Positions 1 through 8,726 of a DNA stretch of 58,285 bases are shown piece after piece. The notes beneath the pieces were generated by a model, which saw only the letters and a program-made list of their open reading frames with translations, did not search any database and was not told the DNA's origin. Every line of letters begins with the position of its first letter. Positions within the stretch are counted from its first letter, which is position 1. A program made the translations under genes and the position numbers. The stretch comes from Myxococcota bacterium (lineage in GTDB: Bacteria; Myxococcota_A; UBA796; GCA-2862545). The stretch is from positions 1 through 58,285 of the forward strand of contig JBCCQY010000049.1 in the NCBI GenBank assembly GCA_039208735.1. The letters are read 5' to 3'.

Positions 1-55
1 CGTGCACGGCAACTTCGGCAAGCACTCAACGGCGCGTGACCCTTCCGGTTGCCTC

Positions 56-80
56 TTTTGGGATGACTGGTGTCCCAAAA
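56..80. terminator. Hairpin, possible terminator
   Basis: TTTTGGGA(56-63)...TCCCAAAA(73-80) inverted repeat in the AT-richer region upstream of the SPFH gene. Confidence 0.35.
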
Positions 81-226
81 CCATCCACGTCCTCAATCCG
101 ACTGAACGTCAGAACCCACCTGGGTTTCGTCTGTCGTTTGTGGGATAATTCTGTGCACTTTGAAACCCGAAAAAACTATCGCGTATTGAGTATCGCGAAA
201 TTACAAGGACTCCAAAGGAGGGAAAC

Positions 227-979
227 ATGATGTTTTGGTTGGGGGTGCTTAGCTGTGCGGTGATCCAGCCCGGTGACGTCGGCGTGAAGCGCCGCCTCGG
301 CAACCTGGGCAATAAGGTCTACCAACCCGGCCCGGTTGGCGTGAACCCCATCCTCACGAAGATGGTTCGCGTTCCGGTGCGCACAGTAAACCTCGAAGTT
401 CGTCTGTCATTGCCGAGCCAAGAAGGGCTCAATGTGGAAGCAGAGGTCTCCATCCTCTACCGGGTGCTCCCCGACCGTGTGCGGGAAGTCCTGATGGAGA
501 TTGGACCGACCTACGAGCGAAGCGTCATCCTCGCTACGTTCCGGTCCGCGTCGGCCGATGTGTCGGCGGGCTACCTCGCCAAAGACATGCACACCGCGAA
601 GCGCTACGAAATCGAACAGGCCATCCGCGATCGCATGATGACGGTCGTGTCAGAGCGCGGCTTCGACATCGAAGCGGTGCTGCTCAAGAGCATTCGCCTG
701 CCCGCAGGGTTGTCCGAGGCCATCGAAGCCAAGCTCTCGGCCGAGCAGGACGCCCAGCGCATGCAGTTCGTGTTGGAACGGGAGCGCCTCGAAGCGGAAC
801 GCAAGCGCATCGAAGCCGAAGGGGTGCGGGACGCGCAGGCCACTGTGGCCTCGACGATCGACGAGGCGATGCTCCGCTGGTCGGCCATTCAGGCGTTTGA
901 AGCCCTGGCCACGTCGCCGAACACGAAGGTGGTGATCACGGACGGCAACTCGCCGCTCATGGTGGACGCCAAGAACTGA
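227..979 (+). CDS. Prohibitin/SPFH (band 7) family protein, possibly a lipoprotein
   Basis: GGAGGG RBS; SPFH features (PGDVGV, LPSQEGLNVEAEVSILYRV, VLLKSIRLP, AIEAKLSAEQDAQR coiled coil); N-terminal VLSC resembles a lipobox. Confidence 0.9.
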   Translation: MMFWLGVLSCAVIQPGDVGVKRRLGNLGNKVYQPGPVGVNPILTKMVRVPVRTVNLEVRLSLPSQEGLNVEAEVSILYRVLPDRVREVLMEIGPTYERSVILATFRSASADVSAGYLAKDMHTAKRYEIEQAIRDRMMTVVSERGFDIEAVLLKSIRLPAGLSEAIEAKLSAEQDAQRMQFVLERERLEAERKRIEAEGVRDAQATVASTIDEAMLRWSAIQAFEALATSPNTKVVITDGNSPLMVDAKN

Positions 980-1108
980 TCCAAGCGATCGTCGAGGCCA
1001 CGGCTGCGCGAAGCGGCATCCCATCGACCTCGACTCGCCCCTGTGCCCAGCCCGCCACCGCCGATGGCTCCGACCTTGGGTAGCATCGGCCGTCCTCGGG
1101 AGGGCTTT

Positions 1109-4100
1109 GTGTTCAGGTCATTCGGCGTACGCCTCGCCACCGTTGTCACCCTCGCGGTCGCTTGCGGGCCCAAGACAGCCCCCCAAGACGGCACACGAGG
1201 CCTCGACCGCACCGTACCCGTGGCCCCAATCGGGGTTGAAGCCGGCAAGGCGGAACTTGGCATCGGCCGGTACCGAGCCGTGCTGTTCTCGGTGCAGGAC
1301 TACGAACGCGGATCGGAACTCGCAGACCTCGAGACGCCGACCGAAGACGTCCGCCGCATCTCGGCCATCTTGCGCAAGCGCTATGGGTTTGACGCCGAAG
1401 TCGTGGAAGATGCCACGGAAGCCCAGATCATCGAGACGCTCGACCGCCTGCGCAACGAGTCCAACGAAGACGACGCGGTCCTCATCTACTACGCGGGCCA
1501 CGGGATCTACGATGCCGACGAAGACCGAGGCTATTGGCTGCCTTCGGACGCCCAGCTCGGCAACACCGCGCGGTGGGTGAGCAACGATGATGTGGCCGCC
1601 AAGATGCGCGCGATTCCCGCACGTCATGTGCTGTTGGTGGTCGACTCCTGCTTTTCGGGCAAGTTCAAGGGGGCCGGCGACCCCGCGAGCGAACGCGCGC
1701 TCGCCGACCTCCGCGAAGCCCGCAAGCTCGCCCGCAACCGCAGCCGCTGGATCATCTCGTCGGGGGGCAACGAACCCGTGGCCGACGGCGGCCGCGACGG
1801 CATGAGCGTGTTCGCCTACTACTTCGCCGATGCCCTGGCCAACGCCGACGACCGCTACGTGACCCCCGACGTGCTGTTTCCCCACGTGCGGCGGCGGGTC
1901 TCCGCAAACGCAGACCAAACGCCCACCCAAGGTCAGTTCGGCAAGACCTTTCACGAAGATGGTCAGTTCGTGCTGCTGAATGGCGAAGCGTGTCAGGCCG
2001 AACTCGACGCCGAAAAGCGTCGGGTCCAGGCCCAAGCCACCGCCCAGTGGGCCACCGTGCGAGAGGCCCTCGACCGTGCACCAAACCAAGCCCAAGACGC
2101 ACTTCGAACGTGGCTTGATCGGTGGGAGCGGGTGCAGTCGGTCCAAGCCTGCGGCGAAGAAGCGGCGATGCAAATCGAGCAACTCACGGAAGCCCGGTGG
2201 CTCCTCCGCCTCACGGAACCGAAGGGCAGCGAACAACCTGCAGAATCCGCCTATGCCACGGGCAACACCCAGTGGACGTCCGTCGACGTCGCCCAAGAGG
2301 TCCCTAACTGGCGCACCGCCTGTGAGGGTGGCGACATGGCGGCCTGTAGCGACCTGGGGCTTGCCTACGAGGGTGGTCACGGCGTGGAGGTTGATGTCGA
2401 GGCCGCGGCAGCGCTTTACGCCAAGGCCTGTGACGGCGGAAACGCGGCCGCCTGTGGAAATCTGGGGGTTCTCGCGGCGCTCGGCATCGGCTCGGAGGAC
2501 CCCGACTACGAAACTGCACGGACGAAGTTCACCCAAGGGTGCATGCGCAGCGACGCGCGCAGTTGCTCGCTGACCGGCGTGCTCTACAACTCTGGGCTCG
2601 GCGTGCCGGCAGACTCCGAGCGCGCCAATGAGCGCTTTCAGCAGGGCTGCGAGGGGGGCCACGCCGACGGCTGCGGGTGGCTCGGCCACAACCTTCAGTA
2701 TGGCATCGGGGGTCCCGCTGACGGGTTTGCAGCCCGTTCGGCGTTCAAACGCAGCTGCGAAGGCGATTCTGGCTCCGGCTGCGTGGGCTACGGGTTGGTC
2801 CTCGAAGAGGGAACGGGCGGCGCCAAGGACCTCACGGGCGCCTACCGCGCCTACGCCCAAGCCTGCGCATTGAACGACGGGTTGGGCTGTGCGTTCGAAG
2901 GGCTTGCGTCCCTCTCCGGCGAGGGCACGCCTAGCGACCCAACCACGGCCGACCTGCGCTTTCGCAAGAGCTGTGACTTGCTCGAAGGTCGAGGTTGCTC
3001 CTGGCTTGGTACTCGCAAGTCAGGCCGTGAAGCGGTCAAACTCCACGAGCAGGCCTGCGCACTAGAATGGGGTCCGAGCTGCGCGTCGGCCGGTTTTGCA
3101 TACCGGGATGCCGATGGCGTGGACACCGACGACGGTGTCGCCGTCGACCTGTTCCGCCGGGCTTGCGATCTTGAAGACGGCAAGGGCTGTGCGAGCTTGG
3201 GCTGGATGCACGAGTTTGGCCGCGGCGTCGGCAAGGACCTCGTCAAGGCGGTGACCTACTACGTGCAGGGCTGTGACCTCGGCAACGGCATTGGATGTGC
3301 GAACGCAGGGTTTGCCCACGAAAAAGGGCGCGGGGTTGAGACGTCGTACGAACGGGCTCGAGAGCTCTACAAGACCGCCTGTGACCTTGGGAATGGCCGT
3401 GGCTGTGTGAACCTGGGCGAGCTGGTGGAACATGGACGGGGGGGCCCCGTTGATTTGCGTGCCGCCGCCACATTCTACGAACGGTCGTGTGATGCAGGCG
3501 ATGGTGAAGGGTGCAACGGGCGCGCCTTGCTCGCCGAGTTTGGAGAAGCCGGGATTCGTAAGCTCACGGAAGCACCGCGGTGGTACCGGAAGGGGTGTGA
3601 TCACGGCTACGCCACGGCGTGCACAAACCTGGCGTATCTCCTCGAATCCGGCAAAGGCATCGCCCAAGACCTCGACGAAGCACGGTCGTTGTACGAAACG
3701 GCCTGTGAGGACAACGAAGGGCGTGCCTGCAACAACCTCGCGACCATGTACGCAAACGCGCTGGGCGTCCCGGAAGACGAGGTCAAGGCTTCGGCGATGT
3801 ACCGCAGTGCGTGTGACAACGGCCATGCTCGTGCGTGCTCAAACCTGGGCATCAACTACGCCACGGGCGATGGCGTGAAGCAGGATTTGGAGCTGGCCCT
3901 CGAACTCTACACCCAGGGCTGTGCGCTCGGCGACGCCTTTGGGTGTGGTCTCGAAGGCCTGGCGTGGGAATGGGGCAACGGCACCGAACCTGACTTCGAA
4001 AAAGCCCGGGCCCGCTACGCGTCCGCCTGTGACGACGACGACCTGCCCTCGTGTACCCGACTGGGAATGCTGTACGAATCCGGCAAGGGCGTGCCGGCCG

Positions 4101-4720
4101 ACATGACCAAGGCCCTGCCCTTGTTTGAACGCGGCTGCACCGACGCCGAATTCTCGGGCTGCACACAGCTCGGCGTCGCCTACTACCTCGGTAACGGCGT
4201 GGCGAAGAACCCGACCGTCGCCCAGTCGTTGTGGTTGCGAGCTTGCGAAGCGCAAGACGCATTGGCCTGCAACAACGCGACGGTCGGGTATTACCTGGGT
4301 GAGGCGCAGCCCCGAAACTTGGACAGAGCCCGCAAACTCGCGATTCAAGCTTGTGATCTGGGCGAGCCCGATGGTTGCATCAAGCTCGGGTCCATCGAAA
4401 TCGAACGCGGACGTCCCGAAGCCGCACGAGCCGCCCTCAAGCGGGGGCTGACCGGCGACCAACGCCAAACTTCGGACCGCCCGGAGGCCCACTTGCTCCA
4501 ACTTGTCGCAGGCGAAGACTGGGTTCCAACCGCCAAGGCGCTCATCGAAGCTTATGGCGCAACCCCTCCCGACTTCCAATCGGGCTGGGAATGGGTCCAC
4601 CTGCGCGCCTTCTTGGGCCACAACGACGACCAAAAACCGCTGTTGCGTGTCCTCGACCTCTTTGAGCAGCCGCGCACCGAGGCATCCGTTGCAGCCCTCC
4701 GTGAGGCGTTGACCCGATAG
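1109..4720 (+). CDS. Caspase-family (peptidase C14) lipoprotein with ~19-20 Cys-rich Sel1-like repeats
   Basis: GTG at 1109 after GGGAGGG; signal ending LAVAC; dyad motifs YYAGHG and VVDSCFSG; ~36-aa repeats with C-x7-C linkers. Confidence 0.9.
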   Translation: MFRSFGVRLATVVTLAVACGPKTAPQDGTRGLDRTVPVAPIGVEAGKAELGIGRYRAVLFSVQDYERGSELADLETPTEDVRRISAILRKRYGFDAEVVEDATEAQIIETLDRLRNESNEDDAVLIYYAGHGIYDADEDRGYWLPSDAQLGNTARWVSNDDVAAKMRAIPARHVLLVVDSCFSGKFKGAGDPASERALADLREARKLARNRSRWIISSGGNEPVADGGRDGMSVFAYYFADALANADDRYVTPDVLFPHVRRRVSANADQTPTQGQFGKTFHEDGQFVLLNGEACQAELDAEKRRVQAQATAQWATVREALDRAPNQAQDALRTWLDRWERVQSVQACGEEAAMQIEQLTEARWLLRLTEPKGSEQPAESAYATGNTQWTSVDVAQEVPNWRTACEGGDMAACSDLGLAYEGGHGVEVDVEAAAALYAKACDGGNAAACGNLGVLAALGIGSEDPDYETARTKFTQGCMRSDARSCSLTGVLYNSGLGVPADSERANERFQQGCEGGHADGCGWLGHNLQYGIGGPADGFAARSAFKRSCEGDSGSGCVGYGLVLEEGTGGAKDLTGAYRAYAQACALNDGLGCAFEGLASLSGEGTPSDPTTADLRFRKSCDLLEGRGCSWLGTRKSGREAVKLHEQACALEWGPSCASAGFAYRDADGVDTDDGVAVDLFRRACDLEDGKGCASLGWMHEFGRGVGKDLVKAVTYYVQGCDLGNGIGCANAGFAHEKGRGVETSYERARELYKTACDLGNGRGCVNLGELVEHGRGGPVDLRAAATFYERSCDAGDGEGCNGRALLAEFGEAGIRKLTEAPRWYRKGCDHGYATACTNLAYLLESGKGIAQDLDEARSLYETACEDNEGRACNNLATMYANALGVPEDEVKASAMYRSACDNGHARACSNLGINYATGDGVKQDLELALELYTQGCALGDAFGCGLEGLAWEWGNGTEPDFEKARARYASACDDDDLPSCTRLGMLYESGKGVPADMTKALPLFERGCTDAEFSGCTQLGVAYYLGNGVAKNPTVAQSLWLRACEAQDALACNNATVGYYLGEAQPRNLDRARKLAIQACDLGEPDGCIKLGSIEIERGRPEAARAALKRGLTGDQRQTSDRPEAHLLQLVAGEDWVPTAKALIEAYGATPPDFQSGWEWVHLRAFLGHNDDQKPLLRVLDLFEQPRTEASVAALREALTR

Positions 4721-4746
4721 GCACGATCGCGACGCTATGAAGGCCC

Positions 4747-5622
4747 ATGCCGACCACGGAGGCACGTTTGAAGCGGATTGTCGTCACCGGGGCGAACAAG
4801 GGCATCGGCCTCGCCATCGTCAAAGCCATCTTGCAGGACCACGCCGACGCCTCGGTATGGCTCGGCTCGCGTGATGAGGGGCGCGGCCAGGCGGCTCGAC
4901 AGCGCCTTGTCGACGCGTCACCCGACTGGGCGGACCGCATCACGGTGCTCCCGCTCGATGTGGTGGATGCAACCTCGATTGCCAAGGCCGCGGCCTCGGT
5001 GGAAGGACCGATCTACGGCTTGGTCAACAATGCGGGCATCGCCGGGCAAGACCTCGCCACTACCCTGGCCGTCAACACCATCGGCCTGATCAACGTCACC
5101 GAGGCATTCCTCGCCTCGATTCAGGCTGACGGAGGCCGAGTCGTAAACATCACCTCGGCGTCGGGGCCCAACTTCGTTAGCGCGACCGAACCGAAACAGC
5201 GTTGGCAGTTCACGGATCCCGACATCACGCGCGAGGCACTGAACACCCTCATCGATGTGTGTTTGAAAGCGGGAGGGCCTGATGGCCTGAAACAGCTCGG
5301 CTTCGGCCAGGAGGTCTACGGGCTGTCAAAGGCCCTGGCCAACGCCTACACCACCCTGCTCGCCCGCGAATACCCTGAGCTATGGGTCAACGCGTGCACA
5401 CCTGGCTTCATCGAGACGGACCTCACCCGTCGGTTCGCCCAAACGTCAGGCCGAACCCCCGCCGAGATGGGCATGAAGCAGCCCGAAGACGGTGCCCGGG
5501 CGCCCATGCACCTGCTGTTCGGCGAACTCGAAGGAAACGGCTGGTACTACGGAAGCGATGCGGTACGGAGCCCCATCGACCGCTATCGGTCTCCAGGCGA
5601 CCCTCCGTATACGGGAACCTGA
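4747..5622 (+). CDS. SDR family oxidoreductase (carbonyl-reductase-like)
   Basis: TGANKGIG, LVNNAG, YGLSK catalytic YxxxK, PGFIETDL. Confidence 0.92.
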   Translation: MPTTEARLKRIVVTGANKGIGLAIVKAILQDHADASVWLGSRDEGRGQAARQRLVDASPDWADRITVLPLDVVDATSIAKAAASVEGPIYGLVNNAGIAGQDLATTLAVNTIGLINVTEAFLASIQADGGRVVNITSASGPNFVSATEPKQRWQFTDPDITREALNTLIDVCLKAGGPDGLKQLGFGQEVYGLSKALANAYTTLLAREYPELWVNACTPGFIETDLTRRFAQTSGRTPAEMGMKQPEDGARAPMHLLFGELEGNGWYYGSDAVRSPIDRYRSPGDPPYTGT

Positions 5623-5682
5623 CCGCACGCGCAAATCGGAACGGTTAGGTGGCCCCACGAATGGTCTGTCGGGCCATCCCTG

Positions 5683-5698
5683 TGGGAACCGATTTGCT
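5683..5698 (+). promoter_or_regulatory. Candidate sigma54 (-24/-12) promoter
   Basis: TGGGAACCGATTTGCT fits TGGCACG-N4-TTGCW with exact GG-N10-GC spacing, 60 nt upstream of the YqiJ-like start. Confidence 0.5.
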
Positions 5699-5757
5699 GC
5701 AATAAGTCCCTGTTCCCCCCGTACCGATGGACGATGGCTTGATGTCCAGGGGTACCG

Positions 5758-6450
5758 GTGGCCGATTTCCTCCAGATCCTATTGACCTTTCCAACCAGCC
5801 TCTTTGGGTTGGCATTCGCGCTCGCCACCGCATTTTGGGCGTTCTCCCTACTGGGTGGGCTCGACGGCGACATGCTCGACGGCGACATCGATGTGGATGT
5901 CGACGTGGACGTGGACGTGGATGCCGATGTCGACGCAGACGCCGAGATGGAGGGGTCAGCGGCATCGGGGGCGTGGGTGGCCACGGCTCAGCTGCTGCGC
6001 CTGGGCCGCGTGCCCGTCACGGTGACCCTGAGCCTGCTCGCGCTGGGCGGATTCGTAAGTTCATTCCTGCTGACTTGGCTTAGTGTCCAGCTCCTCGGTG
6101 CCCCAGGAGGAGCCCTCCTCGGGGTCGGCATTCTTGCGGTTTCGCTCGTCGGCGCCATCGCGACCGCGAACGTAGGAAGCCGACCGCTAGAGCCTGTGTT
6201 CCGAACGATTACCGCCCGCAGCAACCATGCCCTCAAGGGTGAGGTCTGCCGGGTGACCACGGGTCGCGTCGACGAAACCTTCGGCCAAGCCGAGGTTGTG
6301 GTCGACCACGACCATCTCACCATTCAGGTTCGCTGCGACACCGAGGGAGCCCAACTCCCTCGGGGCAGCGAAGCCCTCATCATCCAATTCGACGCCGAGC
6401 GCGAGGCCTTCGTGGTGGAGCCGCTCGAAAACCCATCTACGGAGGTTTGA
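5758..6450 (+). CDS. YqiJ/DUF1449-like membrane protein with C-terminal NfeD-like OB fold
   Basis: Hydrophobic helices flanking an acidic DVDVD repeat; LGRVPVTVTLS; GEVCRVTTGRVDETFGQAEV; directly upstream of flotillin. Confidence 0.8.
   Translation: MADFLQILLTFPTSLFGLAFALATAFWAFSLLGGLDGDMLDGDIDVDVDVDVDVDADVDADAEMEGSAASGAWVATAQLLRLGRVPVTVTLSLLALGGFVSSFLLTWLSVQLLGAPGGALLGVGILAVSLVGAIATANVGSRPLEPVFRTITARSNHALKGEVCRVTTGRVDETFGQAEVVVDHDHLTIQVRCDTEGAQLPRGSEALIIQFDAEREAFVVEPLENPSTEV
5866..5946 (+). repeat. Coding hexamer repeat (GACGTG-like) encoding an Asp-Val/Asp-Ala tract
   Basis: gatgtggatgtcgacgtggacgtggacgtggatgccgatgtcgacgcagac within the YqiJ-like gene. Confidence 0.8.
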
Positions 6451-6451
6451 G

Positions 6452-8698
6452 ATGGATCCCTCTGCCCTCATCGTCGCGGGCCCCCTCGTGCTCGGCGCCA
6501 TCGTTGTGTTGCTCGTTGGCGTGATGTACCTCGTGGCGCGCTTTTATCGAAAGGTCGACCAAGGCAAGGCCCTCATCATCAACAAGATGCGCGCGGAGCC
6601 GGACGTGACGTTCACCGGGGGGGTGGTCGTGCCCATCTTCCACCGCGCGGAAGTCATGGACATCTCGGTCAAGACCATCGAGATTGCCCGTCGAGGCAAA
6701 GAAGGTCTGATTTGCCAAGACAACATTCGAGCCGACATCAAGGTGGCCTTCTTCGTTCGGGTCAACAAGACGAAGGAAGACGTGCTGAAAGTGGCCCAGA
6801 GCATCGGCTGTGAGCGGGCGAGCGAGCAGGACACCCTGGAGACCCTGTTCGCAGCCAAGTTTTCGGAAGCCCTCAAGACGGTCGGCAAGAAGCTCGACTT
6901 TGAGCAGCTCTACACCCAGCGCGATGACTTCAAGGACCAAATCATCGACGTTATCGGTCGTGATTTGAACGGCTACGTCCTCGACGATTGCGCGATCGAC
7001 TACCTCGAGCAGACGCCGGTCGAGAGCCTCGACAAAGACAACATCCTCGACGCCCGCGGCATCCGTAAGATCACCATGATCACGGCCGAGCAGAACCTCC
7101 ACACGAACCAGCTGCGGCAAAACGAGCGCAAGGAAATCACCCGTCAGAACCTGGAAGCGGACGAGGCCATCCTCGAACTCGAGCGGCGACGGGCCGACGC
7201 TGAAGCAAAGCAGCAGCGCGAAATCGCCACCGTGCAGGCCCGCGAGGAGGCCGAGACCAAGAAGGTGGAAGCCGAAGAGCTGCAGCGCTCCGAAGCGGCG
7301 CGCATCAAGGCCGAAGAAGAGATCCAGATCGCCCAGCTCAACCGCGAGCGACAGGTGCAGGTGGCCGATAAGGACCGCGAGCGCGTAGTGGCCATCAAGT
7401 CCGAACAGGTGGACCGGGACCGCGAACTCGAGGTCATCGCACGCAAGCGTGAAGTCGAGCGCCAGGAAATCGACAAAGAGATGGAACTCGAGGTCAAGCG
7501 TAAGGAAATCGCCGAAGTGGTGCAATCGCGCATCGCGGTCGACAAGCATGTCGCCGAGGAAGAGGAGCGCATCAAGGATCTGCGCGCCACCGCCGAGGCC
7601 GAGCGAAACAAGGATGTTCAGGTCATCGCGGCTCAGGCCGATGCCGAAGAGGCGTTGGTCAAGACCATCAAGGAAGCCGAAGCGAAGGAGCGCGTGGCCG
7701 AGCACGCGGCACGCGAGCAGCTGACGATGGCCAATGCCGACCTCGAGGCCGCCGACCGGGTGGCCCAGGCGAAGATCCGCGTGGCCGAGGGCGTTCAGGC
7801 CGAAGAAGCCGCATCGGGGCTCGCCGAAGTGCGGGTCAAGGAAGCCAACGCGGTGGCCCTCGAAAAGGAAGGCCTTGCCGAAGCACGCGTGCAACTCGAG
7901 CGCTTGCAGGCCCGGGCCAAGGGCGAAGAGGAGATTGGGCTCGCCAAGGTGCGCGTGCAGCAGCAGCAGGTCGAAGTGACCGAGCAGCAGGGTCGCGTGG
8001 AAGCTGCGGTGATCGAAGCCAAGGCCAAGGCCGAGGCCGAGGGCAAGACCGCAGACGCTGTCGCCTTCGAGCGGCAGGGAATGGCCGAGGCCGAGGCGCA
8101 CAAGGCGCGACTGCTCGCCGATGCCGAAGGGCGCGAAGCCGAAGCCAAGGTCATCGAACTGGCTGGCTACGCCGAGGCCAAGGCCATCGAAGAGAAGCTC
8201 CGAGCCGAAGCGTCGGGCCTCGCCGAGAAGCTGCAGGCCATGCAGTCCATGGAAGGAGCGGCCAAGGCCCACGAAGAGTTCCGCCTGGGCCTCGAGCACG
8301 AAGAGAAGGTGCGGCTCGCCAGCTTCGAAGTACAAAAGCAGCTCGCCGAGGCTCAGGCCAGCGTGCTCGCCGAGGCATTTGGCAAGGCCGACATCCAGAT
8401 CATGGGCGGCGACGGCGCGTTCCTCGACAAGTTCGTCCAGGCGGCGTCCATGGGCAACGCGCTCGATGGGTTCCTCGAGAACTCTCAGGCTGCCTCGACT
8501 TTCCTGGGGCCGTACCTCACCGGCCAGCGCTCGTTGCAAGACACCGCCGCCGACCTCGTGAAGGCGACGAATGGCGCCGGGCACGCGACCGCAGCGCCCA
8601 CCAAGATGATCGAAAAGATGATCGCGTCGGCGGACGAAGAAGACGACAAGCGCAAGCTTGGCGCCCTGCTCGACAAGGCCCGCGAACTGGGACTCTGA
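6452..8698 (+). CDS. Flotillin-family (YqiK-like) SPFH membrane protein
   Basis: ATG 6452 after GGAGG; N-terminal TM; FYRKVDQGKALI, GLICQDNIRADIKVAFFVRVN; very long Ala/Glu-rich coiled coil. Confidence 0.92.
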   Translation: MDPSALIVAGPLVLGAIVVLLVGVMYLVARFYRKVDQGKALIINKMRAEPDVTFTGGVVVPIFHRAEVMDISVKTIEIARRGKEGLICQDNIRADIKVAFFVRVNKTKEDVLKVAQSIGCERASEQDTLETLFAAKFSEALKTVGKKLDFEQLYTQRDDFKDQIIDVIGRDLNGYVLDDCAIDYLEQTPVESLDKDNILDARGIRKITMITAEQNLHTNQLRQNERKEITRQNLEADEAILELERRRADAEAKQQREIATVQAREEAETKKVEAEELQRSEAARIKAEEEIQIAQLNRERQVQVADKDRERVVAIKSEQVDRDRELEVIARKREVERQEIDKEMELEVKRKEIAEVVQSRIAVDKHVAEEEERIKDLRATAEAERNKDVQVIAAQADAEEALVKTIKEAEAKERVAEHAAREQLTMANADLEAADRVAQAKIRVAEGVQAEEAASGLAEVRVKEANAVALEKEGLAEARVQLERLQARAKGEEEIGLAKVRVQQQQVEVTEQQGRVEAAVIEAKAKAEAEGKTADAVAFERQGMAEAEAHKARLLADAEGREAEAKVIELAGYAEAKAIEEKLRAEASGLAEKLQAMQSMEGAAKAHEEFRLGLEHEEKVRLASFEVQKQLAEAQASVLAEAFGKADIQIMGGDGAFLDKFVQAASMGNALDGFLENSQAASTFLGPYLTGQRSLQDTAADLVKATNGAGHATAAPTKMIEKMIASADEEDDKRKLGALLDKARELGL

Positions 8699-8726
8699 CC
8701 GACCACCGGCACGAGGAGACGACCGC

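Noticed and set aside
1..226. Possible gene end at 1-39 or a riboswitch in the leader
   Set aside because: Too short to support a CDS; hairpins are present but I recognise no riboswitch consensus
2300..4400. ~108-nt periodicity as a DNA repeat array
   Set aside because: Explained by Sel1 protein repeats; nucleotide identity between units is low
5866..5946. GACGTG-type tandem repeat as a CRISPR or contingency locus
   Set aside because: In-frame hexamers with synonymous variation encoding an acidic linker typical of YqiJ-like proteins; no spacers
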